Under the pieces are notes generated by a model. The model ran no database searches. It had not been told where the DNA came from and saw only the letters and a program-made list of their open reading frames with translations. From positions 682,001 to 746,000 of the forward strand of contig MCFH01000013.1 in assembly GCA_002104945.1 (NCBI GenBank): 64,000 nucleotides of DNA. The letters run 5' to 3'. Source of the stretch: Piromyces finnis finn (Eukaryota > Fungi > Neocallimastigomycota). Position 1 is the first letter of the stretch, and every line of letters starts with the position of its first letter. Shown piece after piece: positions 54,001 to 64,000 of this stretch. A program made the position numbers and the translations under genes.

Positions 54001-56725
54001 TGACTATTAAACAAAAAAAATTATCATTAGAATATGACGATTATAGGTTATATATAACAAGGGAAATGATATAAACAATACACAAAGTAAATCAAAAATA
54101 TATAAGCATAAATGTATACACTATGTATACTATAAAGTATATAATGTATTATATAAAAGAAAAACAATATTCTTTTTTTTTTAAATAATATTTAAACTCA
54201 ATTGTGTTGGTGATTCATTTATTAATTTTTAAAACAAAAAATTAATAAATTTCAATTAAATTATTTTAAAAGTTTCTGAATATATTTATGAATTAAAAAG
54301 TGTTATTAACTTATTCCATTTAATAATACTATTATTGAATGCCATACCACTATATCAGATACTAGTGTTTATTAATAATGTCAAAGTTAACTCTTATTAG
54401 GCACTCTCTATTTATTTCGGCACTTTCCCCCACTTTGTCTATACTAAAATAAAAATAAAAATAGATGAAATGTCTTTTTTTTTTTACGATATTCCATTGT
54501 AATTTAATATATTTTTTTTATTATTTTAATGGAGAAATTTCATTTTATTATCAATATACTGCAATATACTAAAAAAATGAATATTATGTTAAAGTTCATA
54601 TATTATTAATCGATTATTTATATATAAAATTAAATAACAAATTCAATATTTTTAAGTTCAATACTTGTAAATTCTATGAATCCATTAAATATATTTTAAA
54701 AATTAATATTTATACTGATATAGTTATATTAAAATTTTACATTTAAATTATTAAAAATAACAAAATTCTATTGGATAAAATGATATATTAAATATTAAAA
54801 GTCCATATAATTAAGATTCAAACTTAAATTTCCTTTAAATCACTATGTTTATATTTAATATTGTATTGTGATGTATATTATAAATAAACTTTAATATTAA
54901 TAATGTTATATTTTTTGGTATTATTTTCTTTTTTATTTATTTAATTTTAAACTTAAAATTATATATAAAATATGAATACTAAACAACAATAATAAGTAAA
55001 AATAAAAAGTTTATTTATATAAGAAATGCAAAAAATATTTTTGTTGTGGAATGACATCATTCATTTATTTATGCTCTAAGGTGATAATAAGGAAGAAATA
55101 GAATATAAAATGCTGATAAAATCATTTTTCTATACTTTAAATTATAATTTTCTTTATTTTTTTTATCAAGTCCAATTATATATTTTATTTAATTCCTCTT
55201 CCTTTTTATGGATGAAATATGAACTTCATTATTAATTTTTTTTGGGAAAGATTTACAGATGATCTTTTTAATTAACAAAGTTACAAAACATTTTTAATAT
55301 AGGAATAATACTAGAAAAAAAAATGGAGAAAACTTTTACTCTAGAAATTAAATAAACGAATAAATAACTAATGAACTAAATAAATTAATAAATATAGTTA
55401 AATAAGTATATATTAATAAATAAATTAAATATTTAATATTTAATAGTAATAGTAAATGAAATAATAGCATAAATAAATAAATATCTATATATTTAATTTT
55501 TTGGCTTTTTAATAATTTTTATTAATTAGTCAGAGCTAAAAAGCTAATAAAATAATTATTAAAAGGTCATAAGTTAAATACATCATTAGTAGAAATTAGA
55601 GGGAGGAAAGGAAACTAATATCAAACCAAAATACTTTCTTTATAGGAAAAAAGAAATAAATTATTTTTAAATAAAATAAAGTTTCAATTTGTAGCAAAAC
55701 TTAAATTATTAATGTTTTTGTTTGAATTCAAATAAAGATTTTGGAAAATTTTCTTTTTTTAGAAACATTCTAATCCCATTGAATTAGTTTAAAACGAAAA
55801 TTGTTACCTTACATTTATAATAAGCTTTATATATGTATTTTTACAATATTTTAAATATAATAATATTTAGTCAAATATAAATAAAATAAAAATCAATATT
55901 AATAAAACCTTTATTTATTCTACTACAACAAAAGCAATGTTTTTTTTTTTATGGGCTTGAAGTGATTATGGGATAGTTTATATATATATTAAATAATATA
56001 TTTAATATATAATGCTTTTTATTTTATACTCTAAAAGTTTAAAAGTTTATATTATTATGTAAATAATTAAGTTTTATAAATATTTGAAATTATTAATTAA
56101 TTATAGGTTACACAAAAAGATTAATTAAAACATAAACTTTTTATTATTTTTCTTTAAAAATCATATATAAAGATAAAATTTCATTCTTACATAACTTTTT
56201 TTTTTTTTTTAAAAAAAAAAAAAGTAAAATTAGATAAAGAAAATAAAGTAAAAAAAAAAAAAAAGTAAATCTTTATATATAGAGTTTTTATATATAAAAG
56301 TAAAAGTATATATAAAAAAATAAGTAAAATAAAAGTAAAAATTGTAATTTCAATAGAAAATAAAATATTACAAATATTAGAATTACAAAAAATAAATTTA
56401 CTTATTTCTACAGTATAAAAAAAATAACAAATAAAGCTTATATGTTGTTATTTTTTTTGTAATGAAAATGTATAATAATTGTCTGAATTAAAATGGTTTA
56501 TATAATATAAAAGTAATAAAATTACTGTAAATAGCTTTTTTTTATTTATATCATTCAATTTATAAAAAAAATTTTTTATTACTTTATAATTCATAACAGT
56601 GTTTTAATTAGCTATATAGTATTAATAATATAATAATTGTTATATATAATATTTTTACTTTTTTTGTTTTTTTAATTTACTATTAAAATTATTTTAAAAT
56701 ATTGTCTAATAACAATATTAATAAA

Positions 56726-59686
56726 ATGGATGTTGTAAAATCAATTAAAAGTTTATTAAATCAAGGAAACTTGACAGATTTCAAATTCTTTTGTTTAAAT
56801 AGCAATATTGACGCTGAAAACTTTGCAATAAATAATTCATTTGATATATTGACTTATGCAATAGAAGAAGATGCCACAGCTGAAATAATTGATTTTATAT
56901 GTTCATTATACAAGAATATTAACTATGAACTTCCAAATGGAAAGATACCTTTATTTGTAGCAATTATTAAAAATAAATATAAAATCGCAGATATATTACT
57001 CAAAAATCATGCTGACATTAATTTTATAAATAAAAATCAAGATAATATACTTTTATTTCTCTTGAAAACTGAAAATATATCATTAAAAAATTTAAGATAC
57101 TTAATTAAAAATGACATCAATATTTATTTTACAGATAAACGAAAAAAAAATATTCTTTATTATATAGGTGATAAAAGATATAAACCTATATTGGATATTA
57201 TTATAAATGAATATATTTATGATAATGATTTTATATTAGATCTTATAACTTTAGGAAAAAGAGGTATTAAAATTTCAAAAAAATTACTTATCAGTAAGGT
57301 TAGTCATCGTGTTGAAAAGTTTGATCTTTTTTCATTATCTTATTATAAAAAGGCAATACAATGGTTTAATTTAGATATCATTGAATTTTTTGCTAAATAT
57401 TGTAGTAAATCCTTTGAATATTACGTGTCAGTAAACGGAAACGATTTATTAAGAGAATCCATATTGAATCAAAATGAATGTGTTGTTGAATACATTCTTA
57501 AAAATGAACTTTATGATATTAATGAATCACATGATAAGAGTAGAACAATTGAAAATATAACAATGGAACCTTTAATTTTAGCTATTACTATAAATAATCC
57601 AAACATTGTTAAACTTTTAATTGATTATAAATTTGATGTTAATATAAAAGCTAATGATAGAACCAATGCATTATCATTTGCTTGTATTGTAAACAATACT
57701 GAATTGGCAAAAATGTTAGTAAAGGCTGGTGCTAAAATTAATAAGTATTACTATTTCGTAGAATTACCAATTGCTGCTCGTAATGGTAATTTTGAATTAG
57801 TAAAATTTTTATTGAAAACGTATAGAAAACAGCAAGGCTATGATAAAAAGTTATCAGTAAATACATTAAAAATGAAATTAAAATGGAATAATTATTGTTA
57901 CAAAAATTATCAACCACATGAACAACAATATTTTTCTCAATTAGACCATCAATCTCAAGAATCCCAACAAGAATCATTAATAAATAGGAATCAATCCACT
58001 CTTTATCAATATCAAAAGCAACAAAAACAAATATATATGTATGGCAACTGTTTATACGCTGCTATGTATGCGTTAACTAATGGTCATAGAGAAATTTATG
58101 AATATTTAATGGATTATAGTGATTTCTATTCCAAGGATAATTCAATATATAAAGTTCCTATGGTAATTGCCTTGTCAGAAAATAATCTCAAAGTTTTAGA
58201 ATATCTTTCAATGAAAGGAATACCCCTTAACCAATCTTTTAATTTTAAGGTTAGTCTTTCTGATAGTTTTGTTAAAAATCTTTCAAAATTTTGTGATGTC
58301 CAGTATAATGAAGAACCCCTTATTTCCCTTGAAAATACTTCTCTTTTACATTATAGTGTATATAAAAGAGAGTATGCTATAGTTCAATATCTTATCAATA
58401 ATGGTGTTGATATCAACTATCAATGTGAAAAAGGATATACTGCACTTATGATTGCTACGAAAAACAATGATATAAGAATGGTTAATCTTTTAGTAGCAAA
58501 TGGCGCTAAGGTCAATATTAAGGATAAGGAACAAATGTGTCCATTATTAATAGCTTGTATTAATGGATTTGTTGTTCTTGTTAAATATTTTATTGATAGT
58601 GGTGGTGATATTAATGTGAAATCTAAATTTGGAGAAAATATGTTACATCTTTCATACCAATTAGCTATTGGCAATGAGCATTTCATTATGGAAAAGTATA
58701 ATAGGATTTATTTTAACTTGAAAGGTGTTAGATCTCAACGCAGTTCATTTGAACATATGGTCAACTATCTTTTAGTTCATAAGATTGATATTACTGTAAG
58801 GGATATTAATCTTATTAGCACTGTCGACTATGCTGTAGTGAACAATCGTGTATCAGATGCTAAATATTTCTTAATTAATGGTGCAAATCCAAATTGTCAA
58901 TATAATGAGTTAGACTTATTAAAGTATGTTATACTTAAAAATTGGTTAAATATGGTTAGATTATTAATCAATTTTGGTGCTGATATTGAAAGAAAAGATA
59001 AGCACTTTAATACCCCACTTTCATGTGCTGTTCGTGCAGGAAGTATTGATATACTTAAGGAGCTAGTTCAAGCTGGTGTTAATTTAAAATCAAGAGATGA
59101 AAACGGTTATACCCCATTAATATATGCAGTTAAAAGAAATAGCTTAGTCATGATAAATTATCTTATTTCAAAAGGTGTTGATATTAACGAAAAAGATAAT
59201 GAAGGTTGTGACGCTTTACTTCATGCTATTTCTGCTCCAAATAATTCAATAGATGTTATTCAATGTCTTATTGATCATGGCGCTGATATAAATTCAAAAA
59301 GTAATCATTTAATAGCTCCAATTTTATTAGCAGCTAAAAATAATGATTATACTATTGTAAGATATCTTGCAAATAAAGGTGCTGATATCAATACTAAAGA
59401 TATCACCGGTTATAATTCATTAATGTTTGCTATTTTAAATCATAATATTCCTATGATGAAATTTTTAATTGAAAATAATATATCTATTAATGATAGAAAT
59501 CATCAGGATTATACAGCTTTGATGATTGCTTCAGAAAACGGATATATTAATATAGTAAGATATTTAGTGGAACATGGTGCAGATATTTCAATAAAATTAA
59601 AAAAGCATACCACAGCAATAAAATTAGCATCAAAAAGAAAACATTATGAAGTTGTTAATTACCTAACAGCTAGCATAATGGCTTAA
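56726..59686 (+). CDS. Intronless ankyrin-repeat protein
   Basis: Many repeats of type GYTPLIYAVKRNSLVMINYLISKGVDIN, GYTALMIATKNNDIRMVNLLVANGAKVN. First ATG at 56726 (the ORF track starts at an upstream TTG). Confidence 0.93.
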   Translation: MDVVKSIKSLLNQGNLTDFKFFCLNSNIDAENFAINNSFDILTYAIEEDATAEIIDFICSLYKNINYELPNGKIPLFVAIIKNKYKIADILLKNHADINFINKNQDNILLFLLKTENISLKNLRYLIKNDINIYFTDKRKKNILYYIGDKRYKPILDIIINEYIYDNDFILDLITLGKRGIKISKKLLISKVSHRVEKFDLFSLSYYKKAIQWFNLDIIEFFAKYCSKSFEYYVSVNGNDLLRESILNQNECVVEYILKNELYDINESHDKSRTIENITMEPLILAITINNPNIVKLLIDYKFDVNIKANDRTNALSFACIVNNTELAKMLVKAGAKINKYYYFVELPIAARNGNFELVKFLLKTYRKQQGYDKKLSVNTLKMKLKWNNYCYKNYQPHEQQYFSQLDHQSQESQQESLINRNQSTLYQYQKQQKQIYMYGNCLYAAMYALTNGHREIYEYLMDYSDFYSKDNSIYKVPMVIALSENNLKVLEYLSMKGIPLNQSFNFKVSLSDSFVKNLSKFCDVQYNEEPLISLENTSLLHYSVYKREYAIVQYLINNGVDINYQCEKGYTALMIATKNNDIRMVNLLVANGAKVNIKDKEQMCPLLIACINGFVVLVKYFIDSGGDINVKSKFGENMLHLSYQLAIGNEHFIMEKYNRIYFNLKGVRSQRSSFEHMVNYLLVHKIDITVRDINLISTVDYAVVNNRVSDAKYFLINGANPNCQYNELDLLKYVILKNWLNMVRLLINFGADIERKDKHFNTPLSCAVRAGSIDILKELVQAGVNLKSRDENGYTPLIYAVKRNSLVMINYLISKGVDINEKDNEGCDALLHAISAPNNSIDVIQCLIDHGADINSKSNHLIAPILLAAKNNDYTIVRYLANKGADINTKDITGYNSLMFAILNHNIPMMKFLIENNISINDRNHQDYTALMIASENGYINIVRYLVEHGADISIKLKKHTTAIKLASKRKHYEVVNYLTASIMA

Positions 59687-60699
59687 AAATTTAAGTTTAG
59701 TCTTTAAAATAAACATAAACAAACCCAAAAACAAAATTAATCAACAAAAAATCATATTAAACAAATTAGTAATAAGCAATGGAAAGAAAGAAGAAAAAGA
59801 TGAAAAAAAAAAAAAGAAAACAATTATATACCGTAGTATTAAAGAAAAAAATAATACATAGTGATCCCTTTTATTTTTTCTTTTACTTTTTCTTCTTCTT
59901 CTTCTTCTTTTAATTCATCAATTTAACAATTTTTGTATTTCAAATTCAAATTCAAAAATTTCGATTTAAATGAAATCACATTAAATAATAATAATAACAA
60001 TAACAATAATCTGTATAATATTCAAAAAATAATCCTCTTCAAAAATAATTGTATCTAAAAATAATCTTATCAAATAATAATTAAAATAATAGTTATATCC
60101 CATCTATTATTATATATTATAATTATAATTGTAATAAATAATAATAGATTTTTAAAATATCGTTTTTAATACTTTTTTAAAAACAAACAAACAAATATTT
60201 TTAATAATAACTTTAAGAAATAATTAATAATGATTTTTATAATAGGAATTTTTTTTTCATTCTAATTTTATATAACTATTATTAAAATTTATTTATTATT
60301 ATTAATATAAAATAGTTAAATCTTTAAAAGTTTTATCTATTTTTGAGCTTTTAAAAATAAGGTTTTTTTTTTAATTCAATAATAATAAATAAATCGCTGT
60401 ATATATCTTTTTTGAAAAAAATAACAAAAATTTAATACAATTTTATTAACAGAAATTTAATTAAAATCAAAATAAAAATTTTAAATAATTATATAGTGAA
60501 ACAATTAAAAACAAAGAAGAATAAAATAAAATGAAAAAAAAAAAAAAAAAAATAAAAAATAAAAAAAGAAACAAAGAAAAAAAAACTAAAATAAAAAAAA
60601 CAGTTTTAAACAAAAAAAGAAAAAAAAATTTTTTTTTAAAGTGTTTTAAAATATTTTGTGTTTTTTATTAATTTTTAAAAGTATTATATATATATATAT

Positions 60700-61300
60700 A
60701 TATTTTTTTTTTTCTTGTAAATTTAAATTCATATTTAAAAATATATCATAAAAATTTAACAAATTTACAACATTAGTGATCAGTTTTATTGTACCATTTC
60801 TATATCTAACTAGATTGCACCTACTTTTGATCTTGGTATTCATTTCCTACCAATAATTAATCAATATAACTTAATTTGATGAATCCATAAAATTGAAATT
60901 GAATAGTAAAATTAATTTTGTAGAAAACTCATTCTTTTGATATTCACGTAATCGTAGTGTATTTATCTTTTTCAAAATACGATATAATAATTTCATTTAT
61001 TTTTAGTATAGTTTTTTCTTACACACTTTCAATTCAATAAAGGTAGAACTAAATGAGCATAAACCACTCTAAATTGAAGAATACATTAGTTTTTTGAATT
61101 TAGAAGCAATGCCATACAATTTCATATTCCATATCAAAGAAATTGCTCATACCTCCAAGAGCTAATTTTTATGAATAAATCTCCATAGGAAATCAGTAAA
61201 TATTATTGGGGAAAATAAATGACTTTTTCAAGTTAATGGAAGCACCTTTAAATCGGAAAGACAAAAGAAGTTTAAATACGAATTTAAAAAATTTGTAAAC
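60700..61300 (-). mobile_element. Probable highly decayed LINE fragment (region from RT thumb to zinc finger)
   Basis: Minus-strand pieces SFRFKGASIN, GIASKFKKLMYSS, RYRNGTIKLITNVVNLLNFY appear in the same order as TFYLAGQPIP, NIPIPFKKLVLNS, TFRDIRIKHYDSIVQLLNFF of the intact ORF; many stops and shifts. Confidence 0.5.
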
Positions 61301-61661
61301 TCAATCAAAAATATTTATCATAAACACTTGATATTTTATATATTGAGTTGAGGGAAGGAACAACAGAACAATATTATTATTATTTTTTTTAATAAAGTCT
61401 AAAAAATAAAATTTTATTTAATAAACCTTTGATAGTTATATATATAGTATATACTATATTAAATATTTATATTTAATGATGTTAATAGGATAAAATACTT
61501 GATTATTTTTCCATACTATCTTTAAAAATTAGGGAAATAGTTGTATTTAGTGATATCTAGAAAATAAATATTAGAACCTTTTTCTACTTCTTATGAAATA
61601 AAAAAAAATGAAAAAAAAAAAAAAAATAGTATAGTTCTCATTCTATAAATAATAAATAATT

Positions 61662-63326
61662 CTATTGATTTTGACTTTGTGCATATTTAAGTTTTTCTAA
61701 TAATGGGATTTTAAAGTAACTCTTCATGATCTTCTGATGGATTTCTTGATTAGTATCAATACTAAATTGAAGTTCATCATCCCAAACCTTAATTTTATTT
61801 TTACCTAACATTATATAATTTTTTATCTCTTGATTTCGCCTATTCTTCATTTTCCATTCATAAATTTTGATTTCTTCTTCAAGTTTTTTGATTCTTTGAT
61901 TCCTAATTTGCGCGATTTCTTTTTGATGATATTCTTTTTGTCCATTAACCGTTGTTAGAATAATTGATTCTAACCTTGGAAGTCCAAATATTCCATTAGA
62001 AATCTTATCAATAGAATCGATTTTTGGGTTACCACTTAAATTAATAGTTTTTAAACATGAACAACAAATCATCAGTACTGGAATATATTCTAAATTGTTG
62101 TTACTAACATCTAATTCCTCTAAATCATTCATATTCACTATATCACAAGGTATATGGGTTAACCCTTTATCACTTATATTTAATTTTAAATTCCATATAT
62201 TTTCATAATACAATATACTTTTAGGAGAGTCAAATTTTAATCTTCTTAAATTTGTTAAATTTTCTATCTCTTTGGGTAATTCTATGATTTCATTATAGGT
62301 AATATTTAATTTCTGTAATTTTATTAAATTTCCTATCGCCTTGGGTAATTCAACCAATTTATTATTGCTTAAATTTAATTTATACAAACTTGTTAAATTT
62401 CCTATCTCGTTTGGTAACTCAGTTAATTCATTATTTTCAATATGTAATTTTTGCAAATTTTCTAATTCTCCAATTTCTTTAGGAAGTTCTTTTAATTTAT
62501 TCCCGTATAAATAAATATATTTTAGATTAATTAAATATTTTATTTCTTTTGGAAATTTATATAATTCAATTTCATCGAAATATATTTGACATAGATTTGT
62601 TAGGTTCATTATCTCTTTTGGTAGTTCTTTTAACGCAATATTATTAATAGATAAATATTTTAAATTTGTTAAGTTATACAACTCTAATGGTAAATTGACT
62701 AATTTATTAAATTGGAGATTTAACTCTTGTAAATTTAATAAATTCTCTATTTCTTTTGGTAGCTCAGTTAATTTATTGTCATAAAGATATAATTCCTGTA
62801 AACTTTTTAAACTCCCTATTTCTTTTGGTAGTTCTGTCAATTCATTTTCATTGATTGATATATGTTTCAAATTTGTTAAATTCCTTATTTCACTAGGTAA
62901 CTTATTTAATTTATTGCAATTAAGGTACAAATAATATAAATTCTTCAGATGGCCTATTTCTTTTGGTAGTTCAGTTAATTTATTATTATAGAGATGCAAT
63001 TCCTGTAAACTTTTTAAATTCCCTATTTCTTTTGGCAATTTAGTTAAATCATTATTATATAAGTTTAACGTTTGCAATTTTTTTAAATCACATATTTCTT
63101 TTGGTAGTTCTTTTAAAGCATTAGAACCAAGATCTAGTATTTGTAAATTTTCTGCTTTTGATAATAATTGTGATAACTTATTTATTACTTGTTTATATTG
63201 ATTTTCTTTTAAACAAGATATTTTTTTAACAGTTAAACTTTTTAATCTTGGCGCTAGTTTCTCAATATTTATTGTCAAAAGATCTTCACCATATAATTCT
63301 TTATCCACTAGAAGTTCATGACACAT
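61662..63326 (-). CDS. Leucine-rich repeat protein, about 14 canonical 23-aa LRRs plus degenerate ones; 5' end uncertain
   Basis: Repeats such as GNLKSLQELHLYNNKLTELPKEI. First ATG 63326; the frame is open to 63353, so an upstream exon is possible. Confidence 0.88.
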   Translation of the reverse strand: MCHELLVDKELYGEDLLTINIEKLAPRLKSLTVKKISCLKENQYKQVINKLSQLLSKAENLQILDLGSNALKELPKEICDLKKLQTLNLYNNDLTKLPKEIGNLKSLQELHLYNNKLTELPKEIGHLKNLYYLYLNCNKLNKLPSEIRNLTNLKHISINENELTELPKEIGSLKSLQELYLYDNKLTELPKEIENLLNLQELNLQFNKLVNLPLELYNLTNLKYLSINNIALKELPKEIMNLTNLCQIYFDEIELYKFPKEIKYLINLKYIYLYGNKLKELPKEIGELENLQKLHIENNELTELPNEIGNLTSLYKLNLSNNKLVELPKAIGNLIKLQKLNITYNEIIELPKEIENLTNLRRLKFDSPKSILYYENIWNLKLNISDKGLTHIPCDIVNMNDLEELDVSNNNLEYIPVLMICCSCLKTINLSGNPKIDSIDKISNGIFGLPRLESIILTTVNGQKEYHQKEIAQIRNQRIKKLEEEIKIYEWKMKNRRNQEIKNYIMLGKNKIKVWDDELQFSIDTNQEIHQKIMKSYFKIPLLEKLKYAQSQNQ

Positions 63327-64000
63327 TATCTTGCTCAAATAAATAAACTTCAACTTAAATTTTAGAAATTACTATAAAGTAATGATTTATTTTCAAATAT
63401 AAATATTATATATCCATACAAGTATATATAATATTTCAAAAAATAATGTATACTTTAAATAATGTAATTAGTTTGAAATGAAATTAAAAACTTTTAATTT
63501 TAAAAAAGAATAGCAAACATTGATATAACTACAACTATCTAAAAAAAAGCAATATTGTTATCAAAAGTTCAAAAGTGATGAAGAAATATGTATTTGTAGG
63601 TTCATTAATCAAATATTTTTCAATAAGTAAAAATAGAAAAATAATATTAAAATATTATTAATAAAATTTATAAAAAATAAATTAAACTTTAATTTTGATT
63701 AAAATAATTAAAAATATATATAAGAAAATAAAAAGTTTAATTGATATGTTTTATAACAATTACTAAAGAAATAAAAAGTAATTATTATATATGTAGTATT
63801 TATTAATTTCTGAAAAGCATTTAGTTTCAGTAGTGCCTAGATACTTCTATTTCATTTAAAAAAAATATTTTATTTTACTTTTTTTTTTTTTAAACTATAA
63901 TAATATGTTAATTTGAAAAGAAAAATAACGAAAATAAAGCTGATTTCATTTCTTGATATTTTTTATTTATTAGGATTGGTAATTACATAATTAAATAATG

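Noticed and set aside
54415-54450. TTCGGCAC...ATACTAAAAT resembling the U6 snRNA 5' region, or a solo transposon TIR
   Set aside because: No ACAGAGA box or remainder of U6, and I found no inverted partner copy in the window.

Overview
Extremely AT-rich, intron-containing eukaryotic DNA, most consistent with an anaerobic gut fungus (Neocallimastigomycota). The evidence is fungal dockerins on a GH45 cellulase, CBM18 remnants, poly-Asn tracts and ankyrin/LRR repeat genes. The left half (1-35.3 kb) holds mostly intron-rich genes: the 3' end of adenylate cyclase, Rab geranylgeranyltransferase beta, RPL16, RPL32, a divergent casein kinase 1 with a repeated N-terminal AWxQ[FY] motif, a Gbp2/Hrb1-like RRM protein with a Met/Asn-rich low-complexity region, UCH37, and a six-exon gene whose small N-terminal domain resembles an uncharacterised phage/bacterial HTH-like domain followed by about 600 aa of Asn-rich tail. 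The right half (36-64 kb) looks accessory. It holds a CBM18 pseudogene, a dockerin-CBM1-GH45 cellulase, a phased three-subunit minisatellite, a 5'-truncated APE-RT non-LTR retrotransposon, two decayed relatives of that element, an intronless secreted Cys-rich protein, an ankyrin protein and an LRR protein. The retrotransposon has a poly(A) tail, a 13-14 bp target-site duplication, an inverted locally templated 5' junction and a pseudoknot-capable RNA structure over its stop codon. Exon boundaries were assembled by hand from GT-AG sites and frame continuity. Family assignments come from remembered motifs, not database searches.
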